63,054 nucleotides of DNA from Arthrobacter sp. (lineage in GTDB: Bacteria; Actinomycetota; Actinomycetes; Actinomycetales; Micrococcaceae): the NCBI GenBank assembly GCA_035571895.1, contig DATNBS010000201.1, positions 1 through 63,054 on the forward strand, read 5' to 3'. The notes below the pieces were generated by a model, which saw only the letters and a program-made list of their open reading frames with translations, made no database searches and was not told where the DNA came from. The stretch's first letter is position 1, and each line of letters opens with the position of its first letter. Both the position numbers and the translations under genes were made by a program. Positions 48,310 through 59,282 of this stretch are shown here, piece after piece.

Positions 48310-49323
48310 CTAGAGCCCCGCCAGTTCGGCCGCCCCGGCCTCGAGCAGTTCCCCGGCCAGCGCCACGCCCAGCGCGTGCGCGCCGTCGCGGTCCGCAGTG
48401 GCGGAGGTGGCGGTGCGGCGCAGCGTCGCGCTGCCGTCGGGGGCGCAGACCACGCTGGTGAGCACCAGTTCGCCGTCGACCAGCCGGGCCAGGGCGCCGA
48501 TCGGCGCCGCGCAGCCGGCCTCGAGGCGGCCGAGCAGGGCGCGTTCGGCGGTGATGGCCAGCCGGGTGGGTTCGTCGTCGAGCGCCTGCAGCGCCGCGTC
48601 CACCTGGGGGTTCCCGGTTCCCGCGGCACGGACCTCGACGGCCAGGGACCCCTGGCCCGGGGCGGGCAGCATGAGCTGCGGGTCCAGGTATTCGGTGATG
48701 TGTGCTTCCAGCCCCAGGCGTTCCAGGCCAGCTGCAGCCAGCACGACGGCGTCGAGATCGCCCTGGATGCCCCGGCCCACCCCGCCGTCGTCCTCGGGGG
48801 TGGCCGAGCCGGCGACGCGGCCCAGCCGGGTGCCGACGTTGCCGCGGATGTCCACGATCTGCAGGTCCGGGCGGGCGGCCTTCAGCTGGGCGCCGCGGCG
48901 GGGGGACCCGGTGCCGACCTTCGAGCCGGACGGCAGCTGGTCCAGCCGCAGCCCGTCCCGGGCGCAGAGCGCGTCGCGCACGTCGACGCGGGCAGGGGTC
49001 GCGGCGATGACCAGGCCCTCGGGCTGCGTGGTCGGCAGGTCCTTGAGCGAGTGCACGGCCACGTCGCAGCCGCCGTCGAGCAGAGACAGGCGCAGCGCCG
49101 CGGCGAACACGCCGGTGCCGCCGAGCTGGGACAGCGGGCCGGACGTGACATCGCCCTCGGTCTTGACGCGCACCAGCTCGTAGCCGGCACCGCTGGTCGC
49201 CGCCAGCGCGTCGGCGACGGTGGTCGTCTGGGTCATGGCCAGGGCGGAACCGCGCGTCCCGACCCGGAAGCCGGGCTCCGCCGTCGTCCCCGGGCCGGGG
49301 CCCTGGGGCTGAACGGTGCTCAC
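48310..49323 (-). CDS. hemC: hydroxymethylbilane synthase
   Basis: GTRGSALA, HSLKD, GTGSPRR, RGNV, AGCAAP. Confidence 0.96.
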   Translation of the reverse strand: MSTVQPQGPGPGTTAEPGFRVGTRGSALAMTQTTTVADALAATSGAGYELVRVKTEGDVTSGPLSQLGGTGVFAAALRLSLLDGGCDVAVHSLKDLPTTQPEGLVIAATPARVDVRDALCARDGLRLDQLPSGSKVGTGSPRRGAQLKAARPDLQIVDIRGNVGTRLGRVAGSATPEDDGGVGRGIQGDLDAVVLAAAGLERLGLEAHITEYLDPQLMLPAPGQGSLAVEVRAAGTGNPQVDAALQALDDEPTRLAITAERALLGRLEAGCAAPIGALARLVDGELVLTSVVCAPDGSATLRRTATSATADRDGAHALGVALAGELLEAGAAELAGL

Positions 49324-50531
49324 GAGGGCACCCCCACCTCGGAGTCGACCGCGGCGATGGTGGGCTTGACGGTGCCATCGCGCATCACCTTGGCGCAGCA
49401 GTTGGGCCGGCAGACATCGAACCAGGGGCCGAGCTCGACCTCGGAGGCCCGCCCCTCCAACAGGGGGGCGCCGTCCGGTCCGGCGATCCGCTCGGAGACC
49501 AGGTCCACGATGCCGCGCACGAATTTCGCGTGCGTGCCCGGGGTGGGGACCCGGTTGAACGCCAGGCCCAGTTCGGCGCAGGTGTCCTTGGCCTCCGTAT
49601 CCAGGTCCCAGAGGACCTCCATGTGGTCGGAGACGAAGCCGATGGGCACGACGACGACGCCTCCGGTGCCCTGCGCATGGTACCCGGCCAGGGCGTCGTT
49701 GATGTCCGGCTCCAGCCACGGCACGTGCGGGGCGCCGGAGCGGGACTGGAAGACCAGCGAGTGCTCGAGCCCGGCGGCCTCGGGGACCTGGGCCAGGATG
49801 GCCCGGGCGACGGCCAGGTGCTGGGCCGAGTACACGTCGGTGTCCAGCGTGGCGGCGAGGTCGCGCGGCCCGGCGGCCTCGGCGTCGGAGGTGGGGATGG
49901 AGTGCGTGACGAAGACGATCCGCACCGGCGCCTCGGGGGTCCCGGCGGCGGCGAGCTGGGCCCGCACATCGGCCAGCCCGGCGGTGACGCCCTCGGCGAA
50001 GGGGTCCACGAAGCCGGGGTGGTCGAAGTACTGGCGGACCTTGTCGACCTCGAGCTTGCCCTCCAGGCCGGTCTCGCGCAGGGCGACGCCGAGGTCCTCG
50101 CGGTACTGCCGGCAACTGGAGTAGGAGGAGTAGGCGCTGGTGGAGAACATCAGCACCCGGCGGTGCCCGGCGTCGTACATCCGCTGCAGGGTCTCCGGGA
50201 TGTAGGGGTCCCAGTTGCGGTTGCCCCAGTAGACGGGCACGTCGATGCCGCGGGCGGCCAGCTCGGCCTCCAGCGAGGCCTTCAGCGCCCGGTTCTGCGC
50301 GTTGATGGGGCTGATGCCGCCGTTGGCGCGGTAGTGGGTGGCGACCTCCTCGAGGCGCTCGTCCGGGATGCCGCGGCCGCGGGTGACGTTGCGCAGGAAC
50401 GGGATGACGTCCTCCTGGCCCTCGGGCCCGCCGAAGGAGGCCAGCAGGATCGCGTCGTAGGGCTTGGGGGCCATGCGCCCGGCCGCGTCGTAGCCCTGCC
50501 GCGGGTCGAAGGCGTGGTCGGTGCCGGTCAC
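49320..50531 (-). CDS. hemH: coproporphyrin ferrochelatase (CpfC)
   Basis: SFGGPE, THSIP, WLEPD, FVSDHMEV. Confidence 0.94.
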   Translation of the reverse strand: MTGTDHAFDPRQGYDAAGRMAPKPYDAILLASFGGPEGQEDVIPFLRNVTRGRGIPDERLEEVATHYRANGGISPINAQNRALKASLEAELAARGIDVPVYWGNRNWDPYIPETLQRMYDAGHRRVLMFSTSAYSSYSSCRQYREDLGVALRETGLEGKLEVDKVRQYFDHPGFVDPFAEGVTAGLADVRAQLAAAGTPEAPVRIVFVTHSIPTSDAEAAGPRDLAATLDTDVYSAQHLAVARAILAQVPEAAGLEHSLVFQSRSGAPHVPWLEPDINDALAGYHAQGTGGVVVVPIGFVSDHMEVLWDLDTEAKDTCAELGLAFNRVPTPGTHAKFVRGIVDLVSERIAGPDGAPLLEGRASEVELGPWFDVCRPNCCAKVMRDGTVKPTIAAVDSEVGVPS

Positions 50532-51232
50532 CGGAGCACCTCCGCGACCTGCGCGGAGTCGACGCGCTTGCCGGTGTAGAACGGGATCTCCTCGCGCACG
50601 TGGTTGCGGGCCTCGGTGTAGCGCAGGTGGCGCATGAGGTCGACCAGGTCGATCAGGTTCGGGGCCTCCAGGCCCAGGATCCACTCCCAGTCGCCCAGGG
50701 CGAAGGAGGCGACCGTGTTGGAGAGCACCTGCGGGAAGTCCCGGCCCAGCAGGCCGTGGTCGCGCAGCATCTTGCCGCGCTCGGCGCCGTCGAGCAGGTA
50801 CCACTCGTAGGAGCGCACGAACGGGTAGACGCACAGCCACTGCTCCGGCTCCTTGCCCAGGGCGAAGGACGGCGCGTGGTTCTTGGTGAATTCGGCGTCG
50901 CGGTGCACGCCCATGGCGGAGAAGACGATGGAGGTCTCGGCGAAGAGGTAGGTGCGGCGGATCTTGCGCACCGCGTCCTGCAGGTCATCGGGTTTCGGCC
51001 CGTGCAGCCAGACCATGATGTCGGCGTCGTGGCGCATGGCCGAGACGTCGTAGGTGCCGCGCAGCACGACGCCGGTGGCGGCCAGCTCCCCGACGAGGGC
51101 GTCGAAGGCCTGCACGCCTTCGCTACGGTCCAGGTCGGAGTCGCGCTTGAACACGGTCCACAGGGTATAGAAGAGCTCTTCCTCCGCGGCGTCAGGCGTG
51201 CTGGTCTCGGGGGTGGAAGGTGCTTGGCTCAC
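50528..51232 (-). CDS. hemQ: coproheme decarboxylase (ChdC)
   Basis: YPFVRSYEWY, MLRDHG, FALGDWEW, LRYTEAR. Confidence 0.94.
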   Translation of the reverse strand: MSQAPSTPETSTPDAAEEELFYTLWTVFKRDSDLDRSEGVQAFDALVGELAATGVVLRGTYDVSAMRHDADIMVWLHGPKPDDLQDAVRKIRRTYLFAETSIVFSAMGVHRDAEFTKNHAPSFALGKEPEQWLCVYPFVRSYEWYLLDGAERGKMLRDHGLLGRDFPQVLSNTVASFALGDWEWILGLEAPNLIDLVDLMRHLRYTEARNHVREEIPFYTGKRVDSAQVAEVLR

Positions 51233-51325
51233 GGGGTGGCCTCTACTTTCTGCTGCTCGGTATTTCGTGGGTTTCGGGGCGGCCGGCGGGCCGCGTGGCT
51301 GGGTGGAGGTGGTTCGGCCGGCGTT

Positions 51326-52792
51326 TCAGCTGGCCGTGATGGACAGGCGGGACCGGGCGTCGGCGATGACGGAGGCCAGGCCGGTGCCGGACAGCCAGGC
51401 CCCGACCGCCTCGAGTCCGGGACGGCCGGCGATGGCGGAGCGGAACGCCGCGACACGGTCGCGGTGCCCGGTGGTGGCGAAGGGCAGCGTGGCCTCGTAG
51501 CGTACGACGTCCCAGCCGACGACGTCGGCGGCGTCCAGCGGGGTGCCCAGCAGCGTTCCGGCGTCGGCGATCGCCAGGTCGCGCACGGCCGCGTCGTCGG
51601 GGGGCACGGCGCCGGGGGCGTCGTTGAGGCGGCCGTAGGACAAGCGCAGCACGTGGGTGCCCGGTCCTGCCTCGTCGCCGAGCCACGCCCATTTGGCGGA
51701 GGCGTGGGTGAGGGCCTTGGCGCTGACGCCGGGGGTGCCCGGAGCCACGAGCAGGCCGGTGCCGCGGGGGGCGTCATCGAGTTCGGGCTGGTCGACGACC
51801 AGGGTGGCCAGGGCGATGCCGGGCCCGCCGGCCGGGCGCAGGGCGGCGGCTTCGGGTACCAGGGAGGCCAGCAGGTCCACGGCGGCGGCCCCGGGGGTGG
51901 CGACCACCAGCCGGTCGGCGGCCTCCGGGCTCGCGTGCCCGTCGACGACGACCTCCCATCCCGCGTTCCCGGCGCCGGGCCGGAGGGAGGAAACGCGGGA
52001 GCCGGTGTGCAGCCCGACGCCTGCGGCGGCCAGCTCTGCCACGAGGGCCGAGGTAAGCCGGTGCATGCCGCCGGCCAGGCTCGCGACCGCCGACCCGGCC
52101 GGGGCGGAGGCCCGCAGGGCCGCGACGCCGCGGGCCAGCGAGTGGTGCTTGGCCATGGCCTCGCGCAGTCCGGGGGCGACCGTGTCGACGTCCAGCGTGG
52201 CCGGGTCGGCGGAGTGGACGCCGGCGGCGATCGGGGTCACGAGCTGCTCGAGGACGGCCTGGCCCATGCGGGCATGGACGAGGTCGCCGAGGCTGATCGG
52301 CTCGGTGGCCTGGCGGCGGGTGACCGGCATGGCCAGGTCGGTGGCCGCGCGCACGCATCCGGCGGCGCCGATCACCGCCTTCACGTCGTCGGCCCAAGGG
52401 TCGGCGGGAATGCCGAGGACGGCCGTCGCCGGCATCGGCAGGGCGCGGGGGGCGCCGCGCCGGGAACCCTCGGCCGGGGCGTGGTAAAGCCAGGATCCGG
52501 CGGGGCCCGGGGTGACGATGTCCGCCTCCAGGTCGAGCTCGCCGACCAGGTCCGCCACCGCGCTGGAGCGGACCGCGAAGGATTCTGCCCCGGCGTCCAG
52601 CATGAGCCCGGCGACCTCGTGGGCGTGCACGCAGCCGCCGAAGCGGCCGGAGGCCTCGAAGAGGTCGACGCGGTGGCCGGTCAGGGACAGCTCGCGGGCC
52701 GCCACCAGGCCGGCGATGCCGCCGCCGACCACGATCGCGCGGGGCACGGATTCCTCCTGGCCCGGGTTGGCTGCCTGCTCGGCGTGCGTCAT
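51326..52792 (-). CDS. hemY: coproporphyrinogen/protoporphyrinogen oxidase (CgoX)
   Basis: VVGGGIAGL, DAGAESF, GTGLLV, KALTHASAKW. Confidence 0.9.
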   Translation of the reverse strand: MTHAEQAANPGQEESVPRAIVVGGGIAGLVAARELSLTGHRVDLFEASGRFGGCVHAHEVAGLMLDAGAESFAVRSSAVADLVGELDLEADIVTPGPAGSWLYHAPAEGSRRGAPRALPMPATAVLGIPADPWADDVKAVIGAAGCVRAATDLAMPVTRRQATEPISLGDLVHARMGQAVLEQLVTPIAAGVHSADPATLDVDTVAPGLREAMAKHHSLARGVAALRASAPAGSAVASLAGGMHRLTSALVAELAAAGVGLHTGSRVSSLRPGAGNAGWEVVVDGHASPEAADRLVVATPGAAAVDLLASLVPEAAALRPAGGPGIALATLVVDQPELDDAPRGTGLLVAPGTPGVSAKALTHASAKWAWLGDEAGPGTHVLRLSYGRLNDAPGAVPPDDAAVRDLAIADAGTLLGTPLDAADVVGWDVVRYEATLPFATTGHRDRVAAFRSAIAGRPGLEAVGAWLSGTGLASVIADARSRLSITAS

Positions 52793-52874
52793 CCCTGCGT
52801 CCTTTCGCTGGTGGAGACCGAGGTGTTTCCCGTCCATTATCGCCGCTTGGCCTGGGTGCCCGATGTGCGGGCGG

Positions 52875-53945
52875 TCAGCGGGCCGCCGGTGGGATGGAGT
52901 GGACCAGCTCGACGAGCCGGGTGAGCACGGCCGGGTCGGCGTCCGGCGGCACCCCGTGGCCGAGGTTGACCACGTGGCTGGGGGCCTCGTCGCCGGAGGC
53001 CAGCACGGCGCGGACGTGCTCCTCCAGGACGTCCCAGGGGGCGGCCAGCAGGGCGGGGTCGATGTTGCCCTGCAGCACGGTGTTCCCGCCGAGCCGGCGG
53101 CTCGCCTCGGCCAGCGGCAGGCGGTAGTCCACGCCGACCACGTCGGCCCCGGCATCGCGCATGGCCGGCAGCAGTTCGCCGGTTCCGGTGCCGAAGTGCA
53201 CCAGCGGCATGCCCAAGTCCTTCACGCTGGCCAGCGCCCGGGCCGAGGCCGGCTCCACGAACTCCTCGTAATCGGCCAGCGACAGGCTTCCGGCCCAGGA
53301 GTCGAACAGCTGGCCGGCGCTGGCGCCGGCTTCGAGCTGGGCCCGCAGGAAGGCGCCGGAGGCCTCGGAGGCCCAGTCGGCCAGCGCCCGCCAGGTGCCC
53401 GGGTCGGTGTGCATCATGCGCCGCGGGCCCAGGTGGTCGCGGGAGGGCTTGCCCTCGACCATGTAGGCGGCGACGGTGAACGGGGCACCGGCGAAGCCGA
53501 TCAGCGGCGTGCTGCCGAGTTCGGCAACGGTGAGCGCGACGGCCTCGCGGATGGGGTCCAGCGAGGCGTCGGTCAGCTGCGGCAACCGGGCGACGTCCGC
53601 GGCGGTGCGCACGGCCTCGCCGAGGACGGGGCCGACCCCGGGGACGATGTCCACGTCCACGCCGGCGAGCTTGAGCGGGATGACGATGTCGGAGAAGAAG
53701 ATCGCCGCATCGACCCCGTGGCGGCGCACCGGCTGCAAGGTGATCTCCGAGGCCATCTCCGGGCGCAGGCAGGAATCCAGCATGTTGGTGCCCTCGCGCA
53801 GCGTGCGGTATTCGGGCAACGAGCGCCCGGCCTGGCGCATGAACCACACGGGCCGGCGGGCCGGGATGCCGCCCCGGTAGGCGGTGATCAGGTCGGATGC
53901 GGAGGTACGGCCATCCATCAACGGGTGGCTAGCGCTCAAGGTCAT
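52875..53945 (-). CDS. hemE: uroporphyrinogen decarboxylase
   Basis: WFMRQAGRSLPEY, FSDI, LFDSW, NLGHG. Confidence 0.96.
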   Translation of the reverse strand: MTLSASHPLMDGRTSASDLITAYRGGIPARRPVWFMRQAGRSLPEYRTLREGTNMLDSCLRPEMASEITLQPVRRHGVDAAIFFSDIVIPLKLAGVDVDIVPGVGPVLGEAVRTAADVARLPQLTDASLDPIREAVALTVAELGSTPLIGFAGAPFTVAAYMVEGKPSRDHLGPRRMMHTDPGTWRALADWASEASGAFLRAQLEAGASAGQLFDSWAGSLSLADYEEFVEPASARALASVKDLGMPLVHFGTGTGELLPAMRDAGADVVGVDYRLPLAEASRRLGGNTVLQGNIDPALLAAPWDVLEEHVRAVLASGDEAPSHVVNLGHGVPPDADPAVLTRLVELVHSIPPAAR

Positions 53946-54136
53946 GGTCCGATTCTGCCAAGTCCGCGTGTCGAACCGTTAATCCTTGGTGCGTGCGCGG
54001 GCCGTTCGTGGCCAACGACACGTTCTACACTCCGTAAAAATACCGTTTTCGACCGCCAATCCGGGCCTTTCGGGCCTCCTGCTTAGGGCAGCCTTTCTGC
54101 CGCTTCGCGCCCGGAGAAGTTATGATAGGGGACATT

Positions 54137-55501
54137 GTGGTCTTCCTAGCACTCGTCGCCTCCCATTCTGATATCGACCTCGAGACGGTGGCACGGCTCA
54201 GCGCCGGCGCCGACGCGGTCGCTTCCGCCGTGCTCGACGGCACGACGCCGGTCTCCGGCGCCGTCGTCCTGTCCACCTGCAACCGCTACGAGGTCTACTG
54301 CGAGGCCCCGAACGTTGCCGAGATCCCCGCGGCCCGCCAGGCAGTGATCGAGCAGATCTCCGCTGCCAGCGGCCTGCCCGCGCAGCAGGTCTCCCAGGCG
54401 CTGGAAACCAAGGCTGACCACGACGCCGTCTCCCACCTGTTCGCCGTCGGCGCCGGGCTCGATTCGGCCGTCATCGGCGAACGCGAGATCGCCGGCCAGG
54501 TCCGCCGCGCCCTCATCGAGGCCCAGGCCAGCGGCACGGCCACCGGCCCGCTGGTCCGCCTGTTCCAGACCGCTTCACGCACCGCCAAGGACGTGGGCAC
54601 GCAGACGGCCCTGGGCGGGCGGGGGTTGTCCATCGTCTCGGTGGCCCTGGACCTGTCCGAGGACCTCTCCGGCACGCACGACTGGGCCGGGCGCAACGTC
54701 GTCGTCTTCGGCACCGGCGCCTACGCCGGGGCCACGATGGCCCGGCTGAAGGAACGCGGCGCCACCGACATCTTCGTGTACTCGGCGTCCGGCCGGGCCG
54801 CTGCGTTCGTTGCCTCGCGTGGCGGGACCGCGGTGGACGACGCCTCCCTGGCCGCCGTGCTGCGCGAGGCCGATGTGCTCATCGGCTGCAGCGGCGGTGG
54901 CGTGCGGATCGACGCCGCCGAGCTCCGGGCCCTGGGCCGCGGCGGCCGGCCGCTGGTGGCCATCGACCTGGCCCTGACCCACGATTTCGCAGCGGACGTC
55001 GCCGACTTGGAGGGCGTCGAGCTGATCACCCTCGAATCGGTGCGCATGGCCGCTCCCGCCGAGCAGTCGGAGGCGCTGGTGCAGGCACGCGAGATCGTCA
55101 CCGGGGCCGCCGACAAGTTCGCCGGCGAGCAGCGCCAGCGCAGCGCCGACGCGGCGATCGTGGCGCTGCGCAAGCACACCCAGCGCGTGCTGGAGACCGA
55201 GGTGGAGAAGGTCCGCGCCCAGCACGGGTGCACCGCCGCCGCCGAAGAGGTCGAGTTCGCCATGCGCCGGATGATGCGCCAGCTGCTGCATGTGCCCACG
55301 GTCCGGGCCCGCGAGATGGCGGCCGATGGACGACAGGGCGACGTCGAGGACGCCCTCGCCACGTTGTTCGGCATCGAGCTGGGCCACCAGCCCGCCGCCG
55401 CGCCGGCAGCGTCCACGCCACCGGCCGGCTCCGCGGCGCCTGCCGCCCTGGACGTCACCGGCACCGACGGGCCCGGCTGCCCGGCTCGCCTCGAGGCCTG
55501 A
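54137..55501 (+). CDS. hemA: glutamyl-tRNA reductase
   Basis: [28 protein letters not shown]. Confidence 0.94.
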   Translation: MVFLALVASHSDIDLETVARLSAGADAVASAVLDGTTPVSGAVVLSTCNRYEVYCEAPNVAEIPAARQAVIEQISAASGLPAQQVSQALETKADHDAVSHLFAVGAGLDSAVIGEREIAGQVRRALIEAQASGTATGPLVRLFQTASRTAKDVGTQTALGGRGLSIVSVALDLSEDLSGTHDWAGRNVVVFGTGAYAGATMARLKERGATDIFVYSASGRAAAFVASRGGTAVDDASLAAVLREADVLIGCSGGGVRIDAAELRALGRGGRPLVAIDLALTHDFAADVADLEGVELITLESVRMAAPAEQSEALVQAREIVTGAADKFAGEQRQRSADAAIVALRKHTQRVLETEVEKVRAQHGCTAAAEEVEFAMRRMMRQLLHVPTVRAREMAADGRQGDVEDALATLFGIELGHQPAAAPAASTPPAGSAAPAALDVTGTDGPGCPARLEA

Positions 55502-55567
55502 TCCACCGCGCCCCGGGGGGGGCTGCGCGGCACCGGCGCTGCCGGGACCGTCCGGGAACCTCCCGGT

Positions 55568-56746
55568 TCAGTACATCGGCTTGCCCGGCTCCACCTGCTC
55601 GACCCACGCGGCGATGCCGCCGTCCAGGTGCCGCACGTCCCGGTAGCCGTGGTCCAGCAGGTAGCCCAGCACCTCGCCTGAGCGTACGCCGGACTTGCAG
55701 TGCAGGACCAGTTCGCGGTCCCGGGGCAGGTCGATGTCGCCACCGAGCACCTGGCCGCGTGGTGCCAGTTCCGCCCCGTCGATCCGCACGATCTCCGCTT
55801 CGCCGGCTTCGCGGACGTCGATGAGCAGGAAGTCGCGGCTGCCGGCCTCGCGTTCGGCCAGCATCCGCTGCAGGGTCGGCGCGTCGACCGCGGGCAGCTG
55901 CCGCTGCGCCGCCGGGGAGATGCCGCAGAAGGCCGGGTAGTCGGCCAGCAGCTCGGTCGGCTGCACGGTGTCCGGGTCAGGGCGCAGTCGGATCTCGCGC
56001 CAGGTCATCGCCAGCGCGTCCAGGATCAGCACCCGGCCGAGCAGCGGGTCGCCGACGCCGGTGATCAGCTTGATCGCCTCCCCTGCCATGACGGAGCCGA
56101 TCTGGGCGCACAGGACCCCGAAGACGCCGCCTTCCGCGCAGGAGGGGACCGTCCCGGCCGGCGGGGCCTCCGGGTAGAGGTCACGGTACGTCGGGCCGTG
56201 GCCGTTCCAGAAGACGCTGACCTGGCCGTCGAAGCGAAGGATCGATCCCCAGATGTAGGGTTTGCCCAGGATGGCCGCGGCGTCGTTGACCAGGTAGCGG
56301 GTGGCGAAGTTGTCGGTCCCGTCCAGGATGAGGTCGTAGTCGGCGAAGATCCCCAGCGCGTTGCCGCTGTCCAGGTGCACCGGGTGCAGGACGACGTCGG
56401 TGAACGGGTTGATCTCGGCCATGCTCTCGCGGGCGGATTCGCCTTTGCCCTGGCCCAGGTTGGACATGCCGTGGATGACCTGGCGTTGCAGGTTGGAGAC
56501 CTCCACGGTGTCGTCCTCGACGATGCCGATGGTCCCGACCCCGGCGGCGGCCAGGTACAGCAGTGCCGGCGACCCCAGTCCACCGGCGCCGATCACCAGG
56601 ACGCGGGCGTTCTTCAACCGGCGCTGGCCGGCCATCCCCACCTCGGGGATGATGATGTGGCGCGAGTAGCGCTTCAGTTCGTCCGGACCGAGCTCCGGTC
56701 CCGGTTCGACGAGGGGGCCGGGACGTGCCGCTGTCGCATCCTGCAT
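55568..56746 (-). CDS. moeB: molybdopterin/thiamine adenylyltransferase with rhodanese domain (MoeB/MoeZ)
   Basis: RYSRH, GAGGLG, SNLQRQ, SCAEGG, HCKSGVRS. Confidence 0.93.
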   Translation of the reverse strand: MQDATAARPGPLVEPGPELGPDELKRYSRHIIIPEVGMAGQRRLKNARVLVIGAGGLGSPALLYLAAAGVGTIGIVEDDTVEVSNLQRQVIHGMSNLGQGKGESARESMAEINPFTDVVLHPVHLDSGNALGIFADYDLILDGTDNFATRYLVNDAAAILGKPYIWGSILRFDGQVSVFWNGHGPTYRDLYPEAPPAGTVPSCAEGGVFGVLCAQIGSVMAGEAIKLITGVGDPLLGRVLILDALAMTWREIRLRPDPDTVQPTELLADYPAFCGISPAAQRQLPAVDAPTLQRMLAEREAGSRDFLLIDVREAGEAEIVRIDGAELAPRGQVLGGDIDLPRDRELVLHCKSGVRSGEVLGYLLDHGYRDVRHLDGGIAAWVEQVEPGKPMY

Positions 56747-56833
56747 CCCCCCAGCTTAGCGCCGCTCCGATTACCCATGGGTAGACTGGGCAGCGTCCGA
56801 CACGACGATGGTGTCCCGGCGGAGAGGCAGGCA

Positions 56834-57454
56834 GTGGAGCGCAGTTCAGAACATTCGCAGCGGACCCAGCGGATGCCCCGCGACCAACGACGGCGGCAGC
56901 TCCTGCAGGCGGCCCACCAGGTGTTCGTCGCCCATGGCTACCACGGGGCCGCGATGGACGAGATCGCCGACGTGGCCATGGTCAGCAAGCCCGTGCTGTA
57001 CCAGCACTTCCCCGGCAAGCGCGAGCTGTACCTGGCCCTGCTGGACGAGCACCTCGATGAACTGACCACCCGGCTGCTGGAGGCCATCGCCTCCACCACC
57101 GACAACAAGCTGCGCGTCCAGGCGACGATCCGCGAGTTCTTCGGCTTCATCGCCAACGACAGCCAGGCACACCGGCTCGTCTTCGAATCGGATCTGATGA
57201 ACGACGCCGCGGTCAGTTCGCGTCTCGAGGCCTTCAACGCGCGCTTCGCCAACGCCATCGCCAGCGTGATCTCCGAGGACACGGGCCTGAACCAGGCGCA
57301 GGCGGTGCTGCTGGGCCGCGCCATGTCCGGGATGGCCCAGGTGTCGGCCCGATACTGGCTCGAGCTCGAAGGAGAGGTGGACCTCGAGGAGGCCAGCGAG
57401 CTGGTCTCCCGTTTAGCTTGGCGCGGAATCGGCCGGTTCCCGAAGGAAACCTGA
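56834..57454 (+). CDS. TetR/AcrR family transcriptional regulator
   Basis: GYHGAAMDEIA..VSKPVLYQHF. Confidence 0.93.
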   Translation: MERSSEHSQRTQRMPRDQRRRQLLQAAHQVFVAHGYHGAAMDEIADVAMVSKPVLYQHFPGKRELYLALLDEHLDELTTRLLEAIASTTDNKLRVQATIREFFGFIANDSQAHRLVFESDLMNDAAVSSRLEAFNARFANAIASVISEDTGLNQAQAVLLGRAMSGMAQVSARYWLELEGEVDLEEASELVSRLAWRGIGRFPKET

Positions 57455-57521
57455 CGTAGATTGAACTCTGACGCAGACCGGCGCCGCCGACCGGCGCCCA
57501 CCGACTGAAAAAGGAGCCCCC

Positions 57522-57749
57522 ATGGACGTGCGCATCGGAATCCAGAATGTTGCCCGCGAGGTTGTCATCGAATCCGCCGACACCGCGGAGCAGGTCACCC
57601 AGACCGTCCGGGACGCCATCAGCGGCTCCACCGACCTGGTCCTCACCGATTCCAAGGGCCGCCAGGTCATCATCCCCGCCGGCGTCATCGGCTACGTCGA
57701 GGTCGGCGCCGAGGAACAGCGCCGCGTGGGCTTCGCCGCCCAGGCCTAG
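57522..57749 (+). CDS. DUF3107 family protein
   Basis: MDVRIGI..RE...LTDSKGR...YVEVG..RRVGF; AGGAG RBS. Confidence 0.9.
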   Translation: MDVRIGIQNVAREVVIESADTAEQVTQTVRDAISGSTDLVLTDSKGRQVIIPAGVIGYVEVGAEEQRRVGFAAQA

Positions 57750-57760
57750 GCACACCACGC

Positions 57761-57802
57761 AAACGGCCGGGACCGACGGGAGACCGTCGGTCCCGGCCGT
57801 TT
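57761..57802. terminator. intrinsic terminator hairpin
   Basis: aaacggccgggaccgacgg...ccgtcggtcccggccgttt. Confidence 0.8.
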
Positions 57803-57858
57803 CCGTCACCAGGTTCTCCGGCGTCCCGGCAGCATGACCCCCAGGTCTGCGGTGTGGC

Positions 57859-58549
57859 TCAGTCGCCGGGCATGTGCCCGACCTCGGTGCACAGGCAGAC
57901 CCGGTTGCCCTCGGGATCGGCGAAGACCCGGAAGGACGGATGCCGGGCTCCGTCCCCCTCGCCGCCGACCGGACGCAGGCGTCCCCGCTCGTCGTCGAGG
58001 CTGCTCAGGGGCACGTGCCGGTCCAGGTGGAACCGGTTGTCCGAGGGCGTGTCGGTGACCTGGAACCAGATCGTCGGGTTCCTCCCCTCGGGGTCGACCA
58101 CGTCACCATTATCGGCCAGCCGGTACCCGAGGGCCCGGGTCCAGAATTCGGCAATCCGAGACGGGTCGTCCGTATCCACCGCTAGCTCCACGGTGGTGTG
58201 CCGGTGCGGTTCGGCCCCGTCCCCCGGCCCGTGCGGCAGCGGCGGAGGCCGCCTCGGCGTAGGCCGTGTCCTTCGCGGTGACCTCCCCGCCGGCATCGTG
58301 CGAGGAGACAGTGAGGAACACGGTGTTGTACCGCCAGTCCAGGTCCGGGTGGTGGTTCTGCTCCTCGGCCAGTGCCCCGGCGTCGGCGATGAAGCTGACC
58401 GCCGCGGCCGAGGTGTCGAAGGCATAAGCGGTCACGAGCGCGCCCAGGCGGTAGCGCCAATCCGGCAGGGTGGCCAGGGCCTCGTTGACGGCGGTCCCGC
58501 CCAGGGCGCCTCCCGGCGCCGGGCCGGCCGGGGTGGTTGGATCGTTCAC
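57859..58549 (-). pseudogene. pterin-4a-carbinolamine dehydratase-VOC/glyoxalase fusion split by a frameshift near 58221-58225
   Basis: frame 1 carries NHHPDL..SSHD; frame 2 carries FW..ALGY, IWFQ, RFHLD, ADPEGNRVCLC; no start codon for the second part. Confidence 0.8.
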
Positions 58550-58592
58550 GGTGCTCCCCTTTCACTCCCTGGCCCATGTTTCTGCGCCGGCG

Positions 58593-59282
58593 TCAGGCAG
58601 TCAACCCCAGGGCGGACATGCGCCGCGAATGGTTTTCGACCAACTGGGCGAACAAGCGGGCCAGCCGGTCCCCTCCGTCCGGGTCGTCCTCGCCGGGTGC
58701 CGCGAACAACTGGTCCCACAGCAAGCCGCGTTCATTGATCCTGCGGGCCTGGGTCAGGGCCTCGCCCAGCAGCCGCCGGCCCCAGAGCGCCAGCCGCGAG
58801 GCGAGCCGCGGATCCACATCAAGGGCGGCCCGCAGGCGGTCGTGGAGCCATTTGTTCTGCTCGTCCAGGGCCTGCACGTCCTGCACCAGACGGCGCGCCT
58901 CGGGGGCCAGGCCACGGGCGACGGCGACATAGAAATCGCCCGAGACGGAATCGATCACATGGGCCTTCATGAGGGATTCGAACCAGTCCCCCGGGCGGGT
59001 CCGCTCGTGCAGGGCGTCGATGGAGGACATGAACGGCTCCATGGCGACTTCGGGGTCGACCCCGCGGCTGGCGATGGCCTGCACGACCCGCTCGTAGTGG
59101 CCGAATTCGTGCACCGCCAGACGGGCCAGGGCTTCGCGGTCGGCCAGCGTGGGCGAGAAGCGGGCATCCGAGGAGAGGCGTTCGAACGCCGTCAGTTCCC
59201 GGTAGGCCATCAGCCCGTAGAGGGCCAGTTCGGCACGGGCGCGGGTCGCTTCGTCGAGGATCGGCGGCGGCAGCTCGGTCAT
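58593..59282 (-). CDS. ferritin-like (MiaE-like) protein
   Basis: AYRELTAFERL, RTRPGDWFESL, RLALWGRRLLGEA, HSRRM. Confidence 0.85.
   Translation of the reverse strand: MTELPPPILDEATRARAELALYGLMAYRELTAFERLSSDARFSPTLADREALARLAVHEFGHYERVVQAIASRGVDPEVAMEPFMSSIDALHERTRPGDWFESLMKAHVIDSVSGDFYVAVARGLAPEARRLVQDVQALDEQNKWLHDRLRAALDVDPRLASRLALWGRRLLGEALTQARRINERGLLWDQLFAAPGEDDPDGGDRLARLFAQLVENHSRRMSALGLTA

Noticed and set aside
44982-55501. Complete heme gene cluster as a novelty
   Set aside because: Standard coproporphyrin-dependent pathway of Actinobacteria
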